NCBI GenBank assembly: GCA_965140585.1
Contig: OZ223269.1
Coordinates: 32,001-96,000, forward strand
DNA: 64,000 bases
Origin: Spirochaetia bacterium
GTDB taxonomy: Bacteria > Spirochaetota > Spirochaetia > UBA9216
Reading direction: 5' to 3'
Below are positions 61,622 through 64,000 of this stretch, piece by piece (positions within the stretch are counted from its first letter, which is position 1; the number at the start of each line of letters is the position of its first letter). The notes below the pieces were generated by a model. It did not search any database, had not been told where the DNA came from, and was given only the letters and a program-made list of their open reading frames with translations. Position numbers and translations under genes: made by a program.

Positions 61622-63166
61622 TTAGAATCCAAGTCCTCTGAGAGCCTCTTCCGCGGCGGTCTGCTCATCCCAGTCTACAGGACCGTCGGCATAGATTATT
61701 GTGCTTTCATGCCCCTTTCCCAAAAGCACAACGGTATCTCCCTCACTCGCTGTTTTAAAGGCTTCAAGGATGGCCGTTTTTCGGTCGGGTATAAGAAACA
61801 GATTATCACCCTCTGCTTTGGGGTTTGAAACCGGCTCTTCTGATTTTCCTTCAGCGCCGGCGGCAATCTGTCTGATTATATCCATTGGAACCTCGCCTCT
61901 GGGGTCCTCATCCGTAATAAAAAGGATGTCGGAATATTCCGCGGCAATCGCTCCCTGGATGGACCGTTTCTCAATGTCCCTTTCGCCTGCAGAACCGAAA
62001 ACGCTTATAAGCCTGCCGCGGCAGTTTTCCCTGAATACCGGAAAAACCTTCCTGAAAGATCCAGGGCTGTGGGCGTAGTCCACTATTACGGTGAAGGACT
62101 GCTTGCCGGTAATCAGTTTCATCCTGCCTTTTACGGCCTGAAGCTTCGGCAGAAGTCCTGCAAGATGAGCAGGTGATATTGGTGTGAGGTTATGAATTAC
62201 AGCAAAGGCTCCAAGCACATTTTCAATGTTAAAGCGGCCCGGCAGCTGAATTGAGGTTTGAAATGATTCAGTATGACCACCCTTTCTGATATTCAGCCTG
62301 AACTGATTACCTGTCGGCTCCTGTCTGATTTCATCAGCAAAGTAGTCAGCCTCCGGATTCAGGGTGCTGCAGGTATAGACCCTGTTTTGAGTTGCCTCAA
62401 TGAACGCTGCGGAACTTTCGTCATCAAGGTTTACTACCCCGAATGACTGTTTTTTAGCATTCACTTTGAGCTTTCTGAAAAGCTCTGTTTTATCTTTCCG
62501 GTACTGCTCAAAGCTGCCGTGAAACTCAAGGTGCTCATGGGTCAGGTTGGTAAAAACAGCGGCATTGAAATCAAGATTACCCAGCCGGTTGTTTTTAGGC
62601 GAGAGTCCGTGAGAAGTTGCCTCTACTACGGCATGAGTTTTACCGTTCCCCAGCATCTGTGAAAGCATCATCTGAATTTCAGTGGCCTCAGGAGTCGACT
62701 GTCTGTATGGATTTTTGGTTATTTCGTCGGCAATCTTGCAGGCTGCGGTTGAAATGAAGCCTGATTTTAAACCGCAGAGCTCAATAAGCTGATCTATGAG
62801 ATATACAGTGGTGGTTTTACCGTCAGTTCCTGTTACTCCCACGGTTATCAGTTTATCTGCAGGATTGCAGTAAAAGGCTGCAGATAATGGTGCCATAGCC
62901 GTCCGGGGATTATCAGTCATTATATAGGTGATATTCTCATCATATTCATCCAGAGCACGTGAATGCAGCACTGCTGCGGCACCTAGCTCGATGGCTTTAC
63001 CAATATATGAGTGACCGTCCACATGCAGGCCGTCCAGAGCGCAGAATAGAAAGCCCTTTTTTACCATACGTGAATCGTATGCCAATCCGCTGATAAGGGG
63101 ATCTCCCCCTCTTTTCTCAATTATATTGATATTAGCGGTTAAAGCTGATAATCTTTTTTCATCCAT
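61622..63166 (-). CDS. murE: UDP-N-acetylmuramoyl-tripeptide synthetase
   Basis: DSR, GVTGTDGKTT, TPE, E.TSH, DYAH, GKGHE. Start at MDEKRL is favoured by promoter position (alternative start 63175). Confidence 0.92.
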   Translation of the reverse strand: MDEKRLSALTANINIIEKRGGDPLISGLAYDSRMVKKGFLFCALDGLHVDGHSYIGKAIELGAAAVLHSRALDEYDENITYIMTDNPRTAMAPLSAAFYCNPADKLITVGVTGTDGKTTTVYLIDQLIELCGLKSGFISTAACKIADEITKNPYRQSTPEATEIQMMLSQMLGNGKTHAVVEATSHGLSPKNNRLGNLDFNAAVFTNLTHEHLEFHGSFEQYRKDKTELFRKLKVNAKKQSFGVVNLDDESSAAFIEATQNRVYTCSTLNPEADYFADEIRQEPTGNQFRLNIRKGGHTESFQTSIQLPGRFNIENVLGAFAVIHNLTPISPAHLAGLLPKLQAVKGRMKLITGKQSFTVIVDYAHSPGSFRKVFPVFRENCRGRLISVFGSAGERDIEKRSIQGAIAAEYSDILFITDEDPRGEVPMDIIRQIAAGAEGKSEEPVSNPKAEGDNLFLIPDRKTAILEAFKTASEGDTVVLLGKGHESTIIYADGPVDWDEQTAAEEALRGLGF

Positions 63167-63194
63167 AACAGGCATTATAGCTAACGGGGGAAAG

Positions 63195-63560
63195 ATGTTT
63201 CAAGTCAGAGTAGAAGATAATTTTGCAGCAGCGCATTATCTGGTCAATTATCACGGAAAGTGCGAGAATCTTCACGGCCATAATTACAGGGTCAGGGTTT
63301 TTGCGCAGGGAACTGAACTTGATGAAGGCGGAATGCTTACTGATTTTGGAGTTTTAAAGAAGGCTCTTAAACTTGTTCTGGATCGCATCGATCACAGCCT
63401 TCTGAATGAGAATCCTGTATTTGACGAAAGAGAACCCAGTGCCGAACTGATTTCATGGCATATCTATAAAGAGCTGAAGAAGGAAATCCCTGAGTGTCCG
63501 GTTTCAAGGGTTGAAGTCTTTGAAACCGACAAAAACATGGCTGCTTATATACCGGACTAA
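63195..63560 (+). CDS. queD: 6-carboxytetrahydropterin synthase
   Basis: FAAAH.L, GKCENLHGHNY, DF..LK, DH..LN, PSAE, VFET. Confidence 0.9.
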   Translation: MFQVRVEDNFAAAHYLVNYHGKCENLHGHNYRVRVFAQGTELDEGGMLTDFGVLKKALKLVLDRIDHSLLNENPVFDEREPSAELISWHIYKELKKEIPECPVSRVEVFETDKNMAAYIPD

Positions 63561-63563
63561 AGC

Positions 63564-64000
63564 TTGGATTATTCAGCTCCCTTCCTTACACAGCAGCTTA
63601 TAGCATACATCGGGAATAAGAGACGGCTGCTTCCCTTTCTTGGTGATGTATTTAAAGAGCTATCCTCAGAAAGCGGAGCAGGCACCGCTCCGCTTCGTTT
63701 CTGCGATCCCTTTGCAGGATCCGGCTCAGTCTCCAGACTGGCGAAGCTGATGGGCTTCAGTGTAAGCTCCAATGACTGGGAGATGTATTCATACTTGATA
63801 AACACTGCTCATCTCTGCTGCTCGCCGCAAGAAGCTGACCGTCTTTTCATAAGAGAAGGGGGGCTTGGCCCGGCTGTTGATGAGTTGAATCGATATGGAA
63901 GGGCTGATGCGGTTACCGGCCGACATGAGCCTTATATCAGCAGGTATTATGCTCCGGATGAAACGGAAACTGCAGATTACCATAAAGAGCGGCTGTTTTA
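63564..64000 (+). CDS. DNA adenine methyltransferase, D12/Dam-FokI-like (3'-partial, absent from ORF track)
   Basis: TTG start. Reads MDYSAPFLTQQLIAYIGNKRRLL...FCDPFAGSGSVSRLAK...SNDWE and stays open to the window end. Confidence 0.85.
   Translation, partial: MDYSAPFLTQQLIAYIGNKRRLLPFLGDVFKELSSESGAGTAPLRFCDPFAGSGSVSRLAKLMGFSVSSNDWEMYSYLINTAHLCCSPQEADRLFIREGGLGPAVDELNRYGRADAVTGRHEPYISRYYAPDETETADYHKERLF

Noticed and set aside
236-63983. Numerous short alternative-frame and antisense ORFs in the track (e.g. 36037-36642, 17307-17783, 33214-33663)
   Set aside because: They lie within well-supported genes and lack motifs or start signals, so they are shadow ORFs.
1-64000. CRISPR arrays, tRNA/rRNA, IS elements, integrases, prophage
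   Set aside because: I saw no regularly spaced direct repeats, cloverleaf or rRNA signatures, or transposase, integrase or phage proteins.

Overview
A 64 kb gene-dense bacterial chromosomal segment, most likely from a free-living spirochaete (inferred from signal-peptide style such as 'LFAGGQQE' and from gene content). It holds about 55 CDS and I saw no rRNA, tRNA, CRISPR array or transposase. Housekeeping genes include ybaK, mtnA, mobA, hisG, hisI, dinB, ddl, murE and queD. Signalling genes include an MCP, a Cache pseudokinase, a GGDEF-EAL protein, an HD-GYP regulator and a hybrid kinase. The most notable locus is a ~14 kb acyl-CoA cluster with no ACP (about 21.0-35.2 kb). It encodes two non-canonical KAS III-like enzymes, a thiolase, an SDR, two alpha/beta hydrolases, a LIV-type ABC importer, a CoA-transferase, a ferredoxin and a tandem-TetR regulator. 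Five of its promoters carry the same 14-bp motif, TGAGAG(G/A)(T/A)GATTCA. Other observations: a promoter-to-terminator structured RNA with possible switch architecture upstream of a small unannotated Cys protein and a frameshifted acetolactate synthase; many apparently leaderless genes; and a collapsed Cthe_2159-like pseudogene. All family calls are by-eye motif recognition, not database searches.
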